DNA from: Oscillospiraceae bacterium
Lineage (GTDB): Bacteria; Bacillota; Clostridia; Oscillospirales; UBA929
Assembly: GCA_031546715.1 (NCBI GenBank)
Contig: JAVBKA010000086.1
Span: 1-53,065, forward strand
Length of the DNA stretch: 53,065 nt
Direction of reading: 5' to 3'
Part shown: piece after piece, positions 10,287-18,343 of the stretch
Layout of the letters: each line of letters opens with the position of its first letter
How positions within the stretch are numbered: position 1 is the first letter of the stretch
Notes under the pieces: model-generated
Database searches by the model: none
Seen by the model: only the letters and a program-made list of their open reading frames with translations
What the model was told of the DNA's origin: nothing
Program-made: the position numbers and the translations under genes

Positions 10287-10469
10287 ATGGTTAAGCAAGA
10301 AGCAATTGATTGTATCCGCTCGCTTCCTGATAATGCAACATGGGAAGATGTTCTCTACTCTCTAATATGTCATCCAAAAGGTTGAAAAAGCTCGTATAGA
10401 TGTTAAAACTGGCAAGGGTTTTACAATTGATGAAGCACATTTTGCTACATTTAATCTAATTAAAACCTA
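10287..10469 (+). pseudogene. frameshifted small antitoxin-like gene (orphan)
   Basis: It has a good promoter (TTTACA-16-TATAAT) and SD (GGAGGA). The ORF MVKQEAIDCIRSLPDNATWEDVLYSL stops after 32 codons. The reading continues in the +1 frame as YVIQKVEKARIDVKTGKGFTIDEAH...; one extra A in CTA-A-TATGTC explains the break. The LPxxxxxEDvlYxLYVxxK pattern is typical of small antitoxins. Confidence 0.5.
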
Positions 10470-10988
10470 ACTGGGATAAGCACTCTAACCAAACTCCCCG
10501 CACTTCCCCCACAAATATATAAATAGGTTGGCACTAAACAAAGTAAATGTTTAGTGCCAATTTGCCGTATTAATGCGAGATTATAATAAACAATGCTTAT
10601 GTAATACCTCAGCTTCTTTCCAATATCTAGGAAATTTTTCTTGAAATAACTAATAGTGCGGATGTTTAGAATCATCTAGCAAATTATCATTTTTAATAGC
10701 TTTCATAACATGACCACGGATAATATCATGTCGATATTGTGGTAACTCTTGTTGTTTTCACTAGAATATGATATAATAACCTCACGGCGTAAACGAAAGC
10801 AGAGCTTTCCACTCCTGAGAGAACATTGAATCACAAAAGTTTTGTCTGCGACAAAAATCAGCTACGCCGTGACGCTTTGCGTCTCTTTTATGATATAGTA
10901 TAAATGGCGAAATGACTTTCAGTTTAATAGTCAGAAGCAGTGTTTCTAAGAGTTTGAATAACTAAAATCCCCCTTGGAGGCGAAAAGA

Positions 10989-11276
10989 ATGCTTTCACAC
11001 GAAATAATTAGCAAACAGCTTGCAAAAGTTGCGTGCTCATACCCTGTAAAAAGATTGGCTTATTTTGGCTCATATGCCACAGGTAAACAAACTGAAGAAA
11101 GCGACTTGGATGTGTTGGTCGAATTCTTAACACCATCAGTTTCCCTCATTACTATTTCGGATATGCGTCTGAAAATTGAGGAGTCACTTAATATTTCAGT
11201 TGACTTAATTCACGCACCATTGCCAAAAGATTCCTTTATAGAAATTGGAAAGGTAGTTTCTGTCTATGAACAGTAG
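10989..11276 (+). CDS. mntA: nucleotidyltransferase-domain antitoxin (MntA-like)
   Basis: Minimal NTase motif FGSYATGKQTEESDLDVLVEF (GS...DxD). GGAGG lies upstream of the ATG at 10989. It overlaps the HEPN gene by 11 nt. Confidence 0.8.
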   Translation: MLSHEIISKQLAKVACSYPVKRLAYFGSYATGKQTEESDLDVLVEFLTPSVSLITISDMRLKIEESLNISVDLIHAPLPKDSFIEIGKVVSVYEQ

Positions 11277-11595
11277 AGAAGATCAAATTATTAGTAAAAT
11301 TCTAGGCGAAGCGACTTTAATAATTGGACTTATTGACGGGCTAGAGCGAGAAGCCTTTCTTACAGATGAGAAGACAAAAAGGGCAGTATGTATGACGTTG
11401 ATTAATATCGGCGAATTAGTTAAACTACTGTCGAGTGATTTTAGAGAATCTCACAGAGAAATCCATTGGAAAGCTATTGCTGGGTTGAGAGATATCACAG
11501 CTCATCGTTATCAGGCACTGCAGATGGGAGACATTTGGGTTACAGCGAAAGAGGATATACCATCATTGATTGAGAAACTTACCCAATTGCAATAA
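11266..11595 (+). CDS. hepT: HEPN-domain (DUF86) toxin (HepT-like)
   Basis: 109 aa helical protein with the Rx4H HEPN motif (LRDITAHRY), immediately downstream of the MNT gene and overlapping it. Confidence 0.8.
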   Translation: MNSREDQIISKILGEATLIIGLIDGLEREAFLTDEKTKRAVCMTLINIGELVKLLSSDFRESHREIHWKAIAGLRDITAHRYQALQMGDIWVTAKEDIPSLIEKLTQLQ

Positions 11596-11672
11596 GTCAG
11601 ATTGAGCCTGAGGCAATGTCAAAGACATGAAGTAACTTCATCTCGACTCCACACACTTTCCCAGAAAAACAA

Positions 11673-11707
11673 AAATTCCGCATTTCCTCACAGGAAATGC
11701 GGAATTT
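11673..11707. terminator. bidirectional terminator between hepT and lepA
   Basis: 15-bp perfect stem AAATTCCGCATTTCC / GGAAATGCGGAATTT with an A-run before it and a T-rich run after it. It lies between convergent genes. Confidence 0.75.
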
Positions 11708-11753
11708 CTTCATCTATCCAAGCTGCCTCGCAGCCGCTATCGCCTTACTCAGC

Positions 11754-13568
11754 CTACTCGTCAAGCTTCAGCACCGCCATAAACGCTTCTTGCGGCACTT
11801 CAACAGAGCCTAGGTTGCGCATACGCTTTTTGCCTTCCTTTTGCTTTTCGAGAAGCTTCTTTTTGCGTGTAATGTCACCGCCGTAGCATTTGGCGAGAAC
11901 GTCCTTGCGCATTGCTTTAACGGTCTCGCGGGCAATGATTTTACCGCCCACGGCGACTTGTATGGGCACTTCGAAGAGCTGGCGTGGGATGTGTTCCTTG
12001 AGCTTTTCTGCGATTCGTCTTGCTCTTGCGTACGCCTTTTCTGTGTGAACTATAAAGGACAGCGCATCGACTATTTCAGCGTTCAGCAGAACGTCAAGCT
12101 TAATCAGCTCCGACTCACGGTAGTCAAGTAGCTCATAGTCTAATGACGCGTACCCACGTGTGCGTGACTTTAGTGCGTCAAAAAAGTCGTATATAATCTC
12201 ACCTAGGGGAAGTTCATAGTGCAGTTCCACACGTCCTGTGGTTGAGCCGTCAATATACTGCATGTCCTTAAAAATGCCACGACGTTCCTGACACAGCTCC
12301 ATCAGACTGCCCACATACTCCTGCGGTGTGATAATCCCCGCTTTTACATATGGTTCCTGTGCGCTTGCAATTCGGGAGGGGTCGGGGTAATTAAGGGGAT
12401 TGTCAATAAGCATTTCCGTGCCGTCAACAAGGGTGAGCTTATAGATAACACTGGGGGCTGTTGTTATAAGGTCTAGGTTATACTCACGTTCAAGGCGTTC
12501 CTGAATGACCTCCATATGCAAAAGTCCCAAAAATCCGCATCGGAAGCCGTAACCTAAGGCGACAGAGGTCTCAGGCTCAAAGGTCAGTGAAGCGTCGTTG
12601 AGGTATAGCTTTTCCAAGGCGTCACGAAGGTCGGGGTACTTGTCCCCCTCGGTGGGATACATGCCTGAGAACACCATGGGCTGAGCCTTACGATAACCCG
12701 GCAGTGAATCCTTGGCGGGGTTTTCTGCCAGCGTAATAGTATCGCCCACAACGGTATCACGCACTGTTTTAATGGACGCAGAGAAATATCCTACCTCCCC
12801 CGCCGTAAGCTGACCGCTGGCTTGAAAGCCGATGGGCAGAAGATAGCCTACCTCTACCACCACATACTCAGCTCCCGTACCCATCATACGCACGGTTTGC
12901 CCTGTGCTGAGCGCACCGTCCATAACACGGATGTATACGATAACGCCGCGGTAGCTGTCGTACTGGCTGTCAAAAATAAGAGCCTTTAATGGCGCGGACG
13001 GGTCGCCCTTGGGCGCAGGAACATTTGCCACAATATCCTCTAAAACAGCTTCAATGTTTAAGCCTTGTTTTGCAGATACCAGCGGCGCATTCTGTGCCGG
13101 AATTCCGATTATATCCTCAATTTCCCTGATGGCTCGGGCGGGGTCGGCGGCAGGCAGGTCAATTTTGTTGATAACCGGCAAAACCTCAAGGTTGTTTTCC
13201 AGTGCAAGGTATGTGTTTGCAAGGGTTTGCGCTTCTATGCCTTGAGCGGCATCAACCACTAAAATCGCACCCTCACAGGCGGCAAGACTGCGTGAAACCT
13301 CATAGTTAAAGTCCACATGCCCTGGGGTGTCAATGAGGTTTAGCTCATATGTTTCGCCGTCCTGCGCTTTGTAGGAAAGGCGGCAGGCACGAGCCTTGAT
13401 GGTAATTCCGCGCTCTTTTTCAAGGTCCATATTGTCAAGTATTTGCTCTGACATAACACGCTTTTCAACCGCTCTGGTGGTTTCAATCAGGCGGTCGGCA
13501 AGGGTTGACTTGCCATGGTCAATATGGGCAATTATTGAGAAATTTCGGATGTTTTTTTGATTTGTCAA
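11754..13568 (-). CDS. lepA: translation elongation factor 4 (LepA)
   Basis: 604 aa with G1 motif [14 protein letters not shown], then DTPGHVDF, and the LepA-specific C-terminus. TTG start preceded by GAGGGAG. Confidence 0.95.
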   Translation of the reverse strand: MTNQKNIRNFSIIAHIDHGKSTLADRLIETTRAVEKRVMSEQILDNMDLEKERGITIKARACRLSYKAQDGETYELNLIDTPGHVDFNYEVSRSLAACEGAILVVDAAQGIEAQTLANTYLALENNLEVLPVINKIDLPAADPARAIREIEDIIGIPAQNAPLVSAKQGLNIEAVLEDIVANVPAPKGDPSAPLKALIFDSQYDSYRGVIVYIRVMDGALSTGQTVRMMGTGAEYVVVEVGYLLPIGFQASGQLTAGEVGYFSASIKTVRDTVVGDTITLAENPAKDSLPGYRKAQPMVFSGMYPTEGDKYPDLRDALEKLYLNDASLTFEPETSVALGYGFRCGFLGLLHMEVIQERLEREYNLDLITTAPSVIYKLTLVDGTEMLIDNPLNYPDPSRIASAQEPYVKAGIITPQEYVGSLMELCQERRGIFKDMQYIDGSTTGRVELHYELPLGEIIYDFFDALKSRTRGYASLDYELLDYRESELIKLDVLLNAEIVDALSFIVHTEKAYARARRIAEKLKEHIPRQLFEVPIQVAVGGKIIARETVKAMRKDVLAKCYGGDITRKKKLLEKQKEGKKRMRNLGSVEVPQEAFMAVLKLDE

Positions 13569-13591
13569 GTAAAGTACTCCCTCGTTTTTGC

Positions 13592-14164
13592 TCAGTCATC
13601 TAGTTCCACAAGCCCAAACATATCAGGTCTGTGAAAGTCCGGCTGCTGGGCTTCGGTATCGTTCCACATACCGAAATATGGGCTGGGTACGCTCTCTGCG
13701 CAGCTATAAAAATTCATTCTGTAGCGTTTTGTCAGCTTTCGTCCGTAAAGCTGTTCAAGGCTGGCAAAGGGTATGCTCATTTCCACATACCATAGTCCGT
13801 TTTCACTGTCGATTCCAGCCTTGATGTTAAAATCGTTTTTGTAATGGGTGATATCTGTTTTGTTTTTACGGTCTGTGCGGTATCCGATTAGTGAGTACCC
13901 AAGGGAATTTGTTTCGATGTTCAAATAGTGGGTATCATCCTCAGGACGTAAGAACACTTCTAGGCAATTATCCTCAAAAACCTTGCCGCCGTCTTCCTTG
14001 GCATTTGCCACAGGGCTTGGCTCGTGGGACGTCAGCCGTATATGCATCGCCGTTTCATCATAGGACAGCTCCGCATATGCCCTCGCCCCTGCCGAAAAGG
14101 CAGGGTGAAAGCAGTCTATGGGCATAAGAGCGGTTTCGCCCTTTCTAACGGTTACTATTTTCAT
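13592..14164 (-). CDS. carbohydrate-binding family 9-like / DOMON-like protein
   Basis: 190 aa. The overall pattern ([22 protein letters not shown]-terminal FHRPDMFG) resembles CBM9-like proteins. Assignment is by recollection only. Confidence 0.45.
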   Translation of the reverse strand: MKIVTVRKGETALMPIDCFHPAFSAGARAYAELSYDETAMHIRLTSHEPSPVANAKEDGGKVFEDNCLEVFLRPEDDTHYLNIETNSLGYSLIGYRTDRKNKTDITHYKNDFNIKAGIDSENGLWYVEMSIPFASLEQLYGRKLTKRYRMNFYSCAESVPSPYFGMWNDTEAQQPDFHRPDMFGLVELDD

Positions 14165-14165
14165 G

Positions 14166-15134
14166 CTACTTCGCTTTGCGCTCTATAGCTCTCAGTGCGG
14201 CGGCGGCGATGTCCACTGGCATCAGGTGGAAGCGTCCGCGCAGGTAATCCTCAGGGCCGACCTCGCCGAAAATATCTTGAACGCCAATCATTTCAACAGG
14301 TACTGGCTTGGTTTTCACAAGCACCTCGGCAACTGCTCCGCCTAAGCCGCCCACCACGTTGTGGTTTTCGCAGGTGACAATTGCCCCTGTCTCAGCCGCA
14401 CAGCGTTCTAACAACTCAGCGTCAATAGGCTTCCATGTAAACATATTTACAACTTTAACGGATTTCCCTTGCTCCTCAAGAAGCTTAGCCGCAGCAAGAG
14501 CCTCTGGAACCATAATTCCTGAACATACCAAGGTTACGTCAGTGCCCTCGCGCAAAATCGCGCCCTTGCCGATTTCAAAGGTACTGCCTTCTTCATACAC
14601 TGCAACAGCGTTCTTGCGAAGCAGGCGAATGTAATACGCCCCATGTTGATTGGCAATTTTGGGAAGCAAATCCTTGAGCTGCACAGTGTCCGTCGGCTCG
14701 ACTAAAATCATCTCAGGGATTGCACGAAGCACCGCCATATCTTCAAGCGGCATATGTGTTCCGCCGTTAAAGGCAGCGCACACGCCGGGGTCAGTTCCTA
14801 CAATGCGGACGTTAAGCTTTGCATATGCAACAGACATAAAAATCTGGTCACATACACGGCGGGTTGCAAATGTACCAAAGCTGTGGGCAAAGGGGATTTT
14901 TCCAGTTGCAGACAGTCCTGCCGCCACGCCAACCATGTTCGCTTCGGCAATGCCTACATTGACAAAGCGGTCGGGGTATGCGTTTTTAAAAGGCTTCATG
15001 CCTGAAGAGCTCATGAGGTCAGCGTCAAGAGCCATAATACGGTCGTCCTTTGCCGCAAGCTCCATCAGGGTGCTGCAATAGGTCTCACGAAGCATATGAG
15101 GTTCTTTTTCAAAGGTCTTTTTAACTGTAATCAT
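14166..15134 (-). CDS. transketolase, C-terminal (pyrimidine-binding) subunit
   Basis: 322 aa of typical split-transketolase subunit B sequence (GIAEANMVGVAAGL, FTWKPID). Confidence 0.9.
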   Translation of the reverse strand: MITVKKTFEKEPHMLRETYCSTLMELAAKDDRIMALDADLMSSSGMKPFKNAYPDRFVNVGIAEANMVGVAAGLSATGKIPFAHSFGTFATRRVCDQIFMSVAYAKLNVRIVGTDPGVCAAFNGGTHMPLEDMAVLRAIPEMILVEPTDTVQLKDLLPKIANQHGAYYIRLLRKNAVAVYEEGSTFEIGKGAILREGTDVTLVCSGIMVPEALAAAKLLEEQGKSVKVVNMFTWKPIDAELLERCAAETGAIVTCENHNVVGGLGGAVAEVLVKTKPVPVEMIGVQDIFGEVGPEDYLRGRFHLMPVDIAAAALRAIERKAK

Positions 15135-15964
15135 TATGCTTTCACCTCCGCTAAACGCTTTTCCGCGCTGTGTATAGATTCATCAATTTGTTCCGCTGTA
15201 AATTGGACATGGTGGTTAGATTCAAAGCCTTCAACAAAGAAGCAGCCGTTGCCCTTACGGGTATTCAGCACTATCATTGACGGTGCGCCCTTGTGTGCGT
15301 CAGCCTTTGCGACGGCTTCGGCGATTGCGTCAACGTCATGTCCGTCCACGGTTTGGGTGTAGAAGCCAAAGGCGGCGAATTTTTCCGCTAAGTCAGTGGT
15401 ATCAAGGACATCTTTAACATATCCGTCAAGCTGTTGACCATTTCTGTCACAGAAAACAGTCAGGTTATCAAGCTTTTGATGAGCCGCAAACATCAGCCCT
15501 TCCCAAACCTGACCTTCGTCACACTCACCGTCGCCCACGATTAAAAACGTGCGCGCATCGGTTTTGTCCAAGCGTTGTCCCATTGCGATACCGATTGCGG
15601 TGGAGACGCCTTGCCCAAGTGAGCCCGTAGTCATGTCAACGCCTGGAGTTTTCAGGCGGTCGCAGTGAGAGGGGAGGGTAGTACCTGGCTGGTTTAGGGT
15701 GCTAAGCAGTTCCATTGGGAAAAAGCCTTGCATTGCAAGGGTTGCGTACAGCGCAGGTCCTGCATGTCCCTTTGACATAACAAGCTGGTCACGGTCTTTT
15801 TTGGCGGGATTCTTAGGGTCAACCTTCATAACAGAGCCGTAAAGCACTGCAAGGGTTTCAACCACGCTGAGTGCTCCTCCCACATGTCCAAAACCTCGTG
15901 CCTTGAACACTTTCAGCGTTTCAAGTCTGATTTCTTCTGCAAAAATCTTAAGATTGCTACTCAT
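15134..15964 (-). CDS. transketolase, N-terminal (TPP-binding) subunit
   Basis: 276 aa with GHVGGALS, the GDGECDEGQVWE TPP motif, and a 1-nt overlap with the C-terminal subunit. Confidence 0.9.
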   Translation of the reverse strand: MSSNLKIFAEEIRLETLKVFKARGFGHVGGALSVVETLAVLYGSVMKVDPKNPAKKDRDQLVMSKGHAGPALYATLAMQGFFPMELLSTLNQPGTTLPSHCDRLKTPGVDMTTGSLGQGVSTAIGIAMGQRLDKTDARTFLIVGDGECDEGQVWEGLMFAAHQKLDNLTVFCDRNGQQLDGYVKDVLDTTDLAEKFAAFGFYTQTVDGHDVDAIAEAVAKADAHKGAPSMIVLNTRKGNGCFFVEGFESNHHVQFTAEQIDESIHSAEKRLAEVKA

Positions 15965-16006
15965 AGTTCACCTCATAATTTATTTATTGTATTTATTCTC
16001 GTAAGA

Positions 16007-17404
16007 CTAATATGCAAGCTTTTCCGTCAAGTAGCTAACAAGCCCTTCAACTGGTACACGCTCCTGCGCCATGCTGTCGCGCTCACGGACAGTGACACAG
16101 CCATCGGTTTCCGTTTCAAAGTCAACGGTGATGCAGAAGGGAGTGCCGATTTCGTCCTGACGGCGGTAACGCTTGCCGATTGAACCAGCTTCGTCAAACT
16201 CAACCATAAACTGCTTGCTTAGCGTGGTGTAAATCTCTCCCCCACGGTCAGACAGTTTCTTGGACAATGGGAGAATGGCGCATTTATACGGCGCAAGAGC
16301 AGGATGCAGTCTCAGCACCACACGAACGTCGTTCTTCTCTGCGTCCACAACCTCTTCGTCATAGGCGTCCACTAAAAAGGCAAGGGCGGCACGGTCAGCT
16401 CCGAGAGAAGGCTCGATTACATACGGGGTGTACTTGGCGTTTTTCTCTTGGTCAAAATATTCCATGTTCTCGCCACTGCTGGCTTGGTGAGATTTTAAGT
16501 CAAAGTCCGTACGGTCGGCGATGCCCCAAAGTTCGCCCCAGCCGAAGGGGAATAAAAATTCAAAGTCCGTGGTGGCATTGGAGTAGTGGCTAAGCTCTTC
16601 TTTCTCATGGTCACGAAGGCGCAGACTGTCCTCGCGCATTCCAAGCCCCATGAGCCAGTTTTTGCAAAATTCTTTCCAGTAGGCAAACCACTCAAGGTCA
16701 GTACCCGGTTCGCAGAAAAATTCCATTTCCATTTGCTCAAATTCACGGGTGCGGAAGGTGAAGTTACCTGGTGTAATCTCGTTTCTAAAGGATTTACCCA
16801 CCTGTGCAACGCCGAAGGGGATTTTTTTGCGGCTGGTGCGCTGAATGTTTTTAAACTGAACAAAGATACCCTGTGCAGTTTCGGGACGGAGAAATATCTC
16901 GTTTTGGCTCTCCTCCGTAACGCCTTGGAAGGTTTTAAACATCATGTTAAACTTACGGATAGACGTAAAGTCTGACCGTCCGCAATTAGTGCAGGAGACC
17001 TTTTGGTCGGTGATATAGGCGGACATATCTTCGTTTTTCATGCCGTCAACCAACATTTCGATGTCCTTTGACTTATTAAAGTCCTCAATAAGCTTGTCTG
17101 CTCTAAAGCGCATTTTGCAGCCTTTGCAGTCAATCAGCGGGTCGTTGAAATTAACCACATGCCCAGAGGCGACCCATACCTGCGGATTCATAAGAATGGC
17201 ACTGTCAAGACCCACGTTGTATGGACTTTCCTGAACGAACTTTTTCCACCATGCCCGCTTGACGTTATTCTTAAACTCCACCCCAAGAGGACCGTAATCC
17301 CAAGTATTTGCCAGACCTCCGTATATTTCTGAGCCTGCATAGACAAAGCCTCTGCCTTTGCATAGAGCAACGATTTGATCCATGGTTTTATCCGTGTTTT
17401 TCAT
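16007..17404 (-). CDS. glyQS: glycine--tRNA ligase (alpha2 type)
   Basis: About 465 aa of class II GlyRS sequence ([24 protein letters not shown]). GGAGGG lies 4 nt before the ATG at 17404. Confidence 0.93.
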   Translation of the reverse strand: MKNTDKTMDQIVALCKGRGFVYAGSEIYGGLANTWDYGPLGVEFKNNVKRAWWKKFVQESPYNVGLDSAILMNPQVWVASGHVVNFNDPLIDCKGCKMRFRADKLIEDFNKSKDIEMLVDGMKNEDMSAYITDQKVSCTNCGRSDFTSIRKFNMMFKTFQGVTEESQNEIFLRPETAQGIFVQFKNIQRTSRKKIPFGVAQVGKSFRNEITPGNFTFRTREFEQMEMEFFCEPGTDLEWFAYWKEFCKNWLMGLGMREDSLRLRDHEKEELSHYSNATTDFEFLFPFGWGELWGIADRTDFDLKSHQASSGENMEYFDQEKNAKYTPYVIEPSLGADRAALAFLVDAYDEEVVDAEKNDVRVVLRLHPALAPYKCAILPLSKKLSDRGGEIYTTLSKQFMVEFDEAGSIGKRYRRQDEIGTPFCITVDFETETDGCVTVRERDSMAQERVPVEGLVSYLTEKLAY

Positions 17405-17503
17405 AATGCCCTCCATCTGTTAAAGATTGTGTAATATTATATATTATTTCCAAGGTTTACACAAGATAATTTTAGTTTTTTAAAAGAAGAATTCAAATAA
17501 CTA

Positions 17504-17532
17504 TTGGCAATACATGTCGTATATGGTATTAT
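17504..17532 (+). promoter_or_regulatory. putative promoter of rlmB
   Basis: TTGGCA (17504-17509), 17-nt spacer, TATTAT (17527-17532). Confidence 0.45.
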
Positions 17533-17579
17533 GGTGTGTAATATTATGTGCGTTAGCTGTGAAGGGATACTTTTACCAT

Positions 17580-18311
17580 ATGGAAAATCACCAAATTGAA
17601 GGACGCCGTGCAGTCCGAGAGGCATTGCAGGCTAAAAAAATACCTGATAAGGTGTTTATACTCCGCACCGCTGAGGGTATCGGCGGGCTTATTAAAGACG
17701 CGAAGGACGCAGGGGCAACCATAGTTGACTGCGACAAGACGCGCCTTGACCAAATGAGCCAGACTGGCGGAAACCATCAGGGTATTATTGCCCGCCTTGC
17801 CGAATGTGACTATTCAGAGATTGATGATATTTTTAAGCGTGCCGAGAGCCGTGGGGAACAGCCCTTCATTATCGTGTGCGACAGCGTAGAGGACGAACGA
17901 AACCTTGGCGCAATCATTCGTACCGCTGAAGCCGCCGGAGCTCATGGCGTAATTGTTCCAAAACGCCGAAGCGCAGGACTTTCCGCCGTAACCGTGAAGG
18001 CAAGTGCAGGTGCTGCACTTCACCTCCCAGTTGCTCGAACCCCAGGTGTGCCCATGCTACTGCGTGAGCTTAAGGAGCGCAACATTTGGGTCTACGGTGC
18101 TGACGCAGACGGCGAGAAGGACGTTTTTCAAACGGATTTCTCAGGAGCTGTTGCAATCGTCGTCGGCTCTGAGGGTCGAGGTATATCAAGGCTTGCCGCC
18201 GAACATTGCGACTTTCTAGTTAGCATACCAATGAAGGGCGAGGTCAGCTCGCTGAATGTATCTACTGCATGTGGAATATTTGCGTATCAGGTACTTAAAT
18301 CCAGACTATAA
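17580..18311 (+). CDS. rlmB: 23S rRNA (guanosine-2'-O)-methyltransferase RlmB (SpoU/TrmH family)
   Basis: N-terminal IEGRRAVREAL and C-terminal SpoU motifs (NLGAIIRTAEAAG, VGSEGRGIS, LNVSTACGI). The start is set at MENHQ, because the upstream part of the track ORF overlaps the promoter. Confidence 0.85.
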   Translation: MENHQIEGRRAVREALQAKKIPDKVFILRTAEGIGGLIKDAKDAGATIVDCDKTRLDQMSQTGGNHQGIIARLAECDYSEIDDIFKRAESRGEQPFIIVCDSVEDERNLGAIIRTAEAAGAHGVIVPKRRSAGLSAVTVKASAGAALHLPVARTPGVPMLLRELKERNIWVYGADADGEKDVFQTDFSGAVAIVVGSEGRGISRLAAEHCDFLVSIPMKGEVSSLNVSTACGIFAYQVLKSRL

Positions 18312-18343
18312 ATTCAGACGTACTGAAGATTAGGGGTGATTTC

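Noticed and set aside
10460-10675. 71-codon - strand ORF in the TA-remnant region.
   Set aside because: It overlaps a hairpin and broken frames, has no SD, and its composition looks non-coding. I treat it as part of the decayed region.
11602-11886. 94-codon + strand ORF after hepT.
   Set aside because: It runs through the bidirectional terminator and antisense into the lepA 3' end, with low-complexity Ser-rich translation and no SD.
17417-17579. Looked for a glycine T-box leader upstream of glyQS (- strand).
   Set aside because: The intergenic region is only about 160 nt and AT-rich. It has no T-box consensus (no GGTGG / TGGTACCGCG-like sequence), no specifier-loop architecture and no terminator/antiterminator pair. 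It mostly holds the divergent rlmB promoter.
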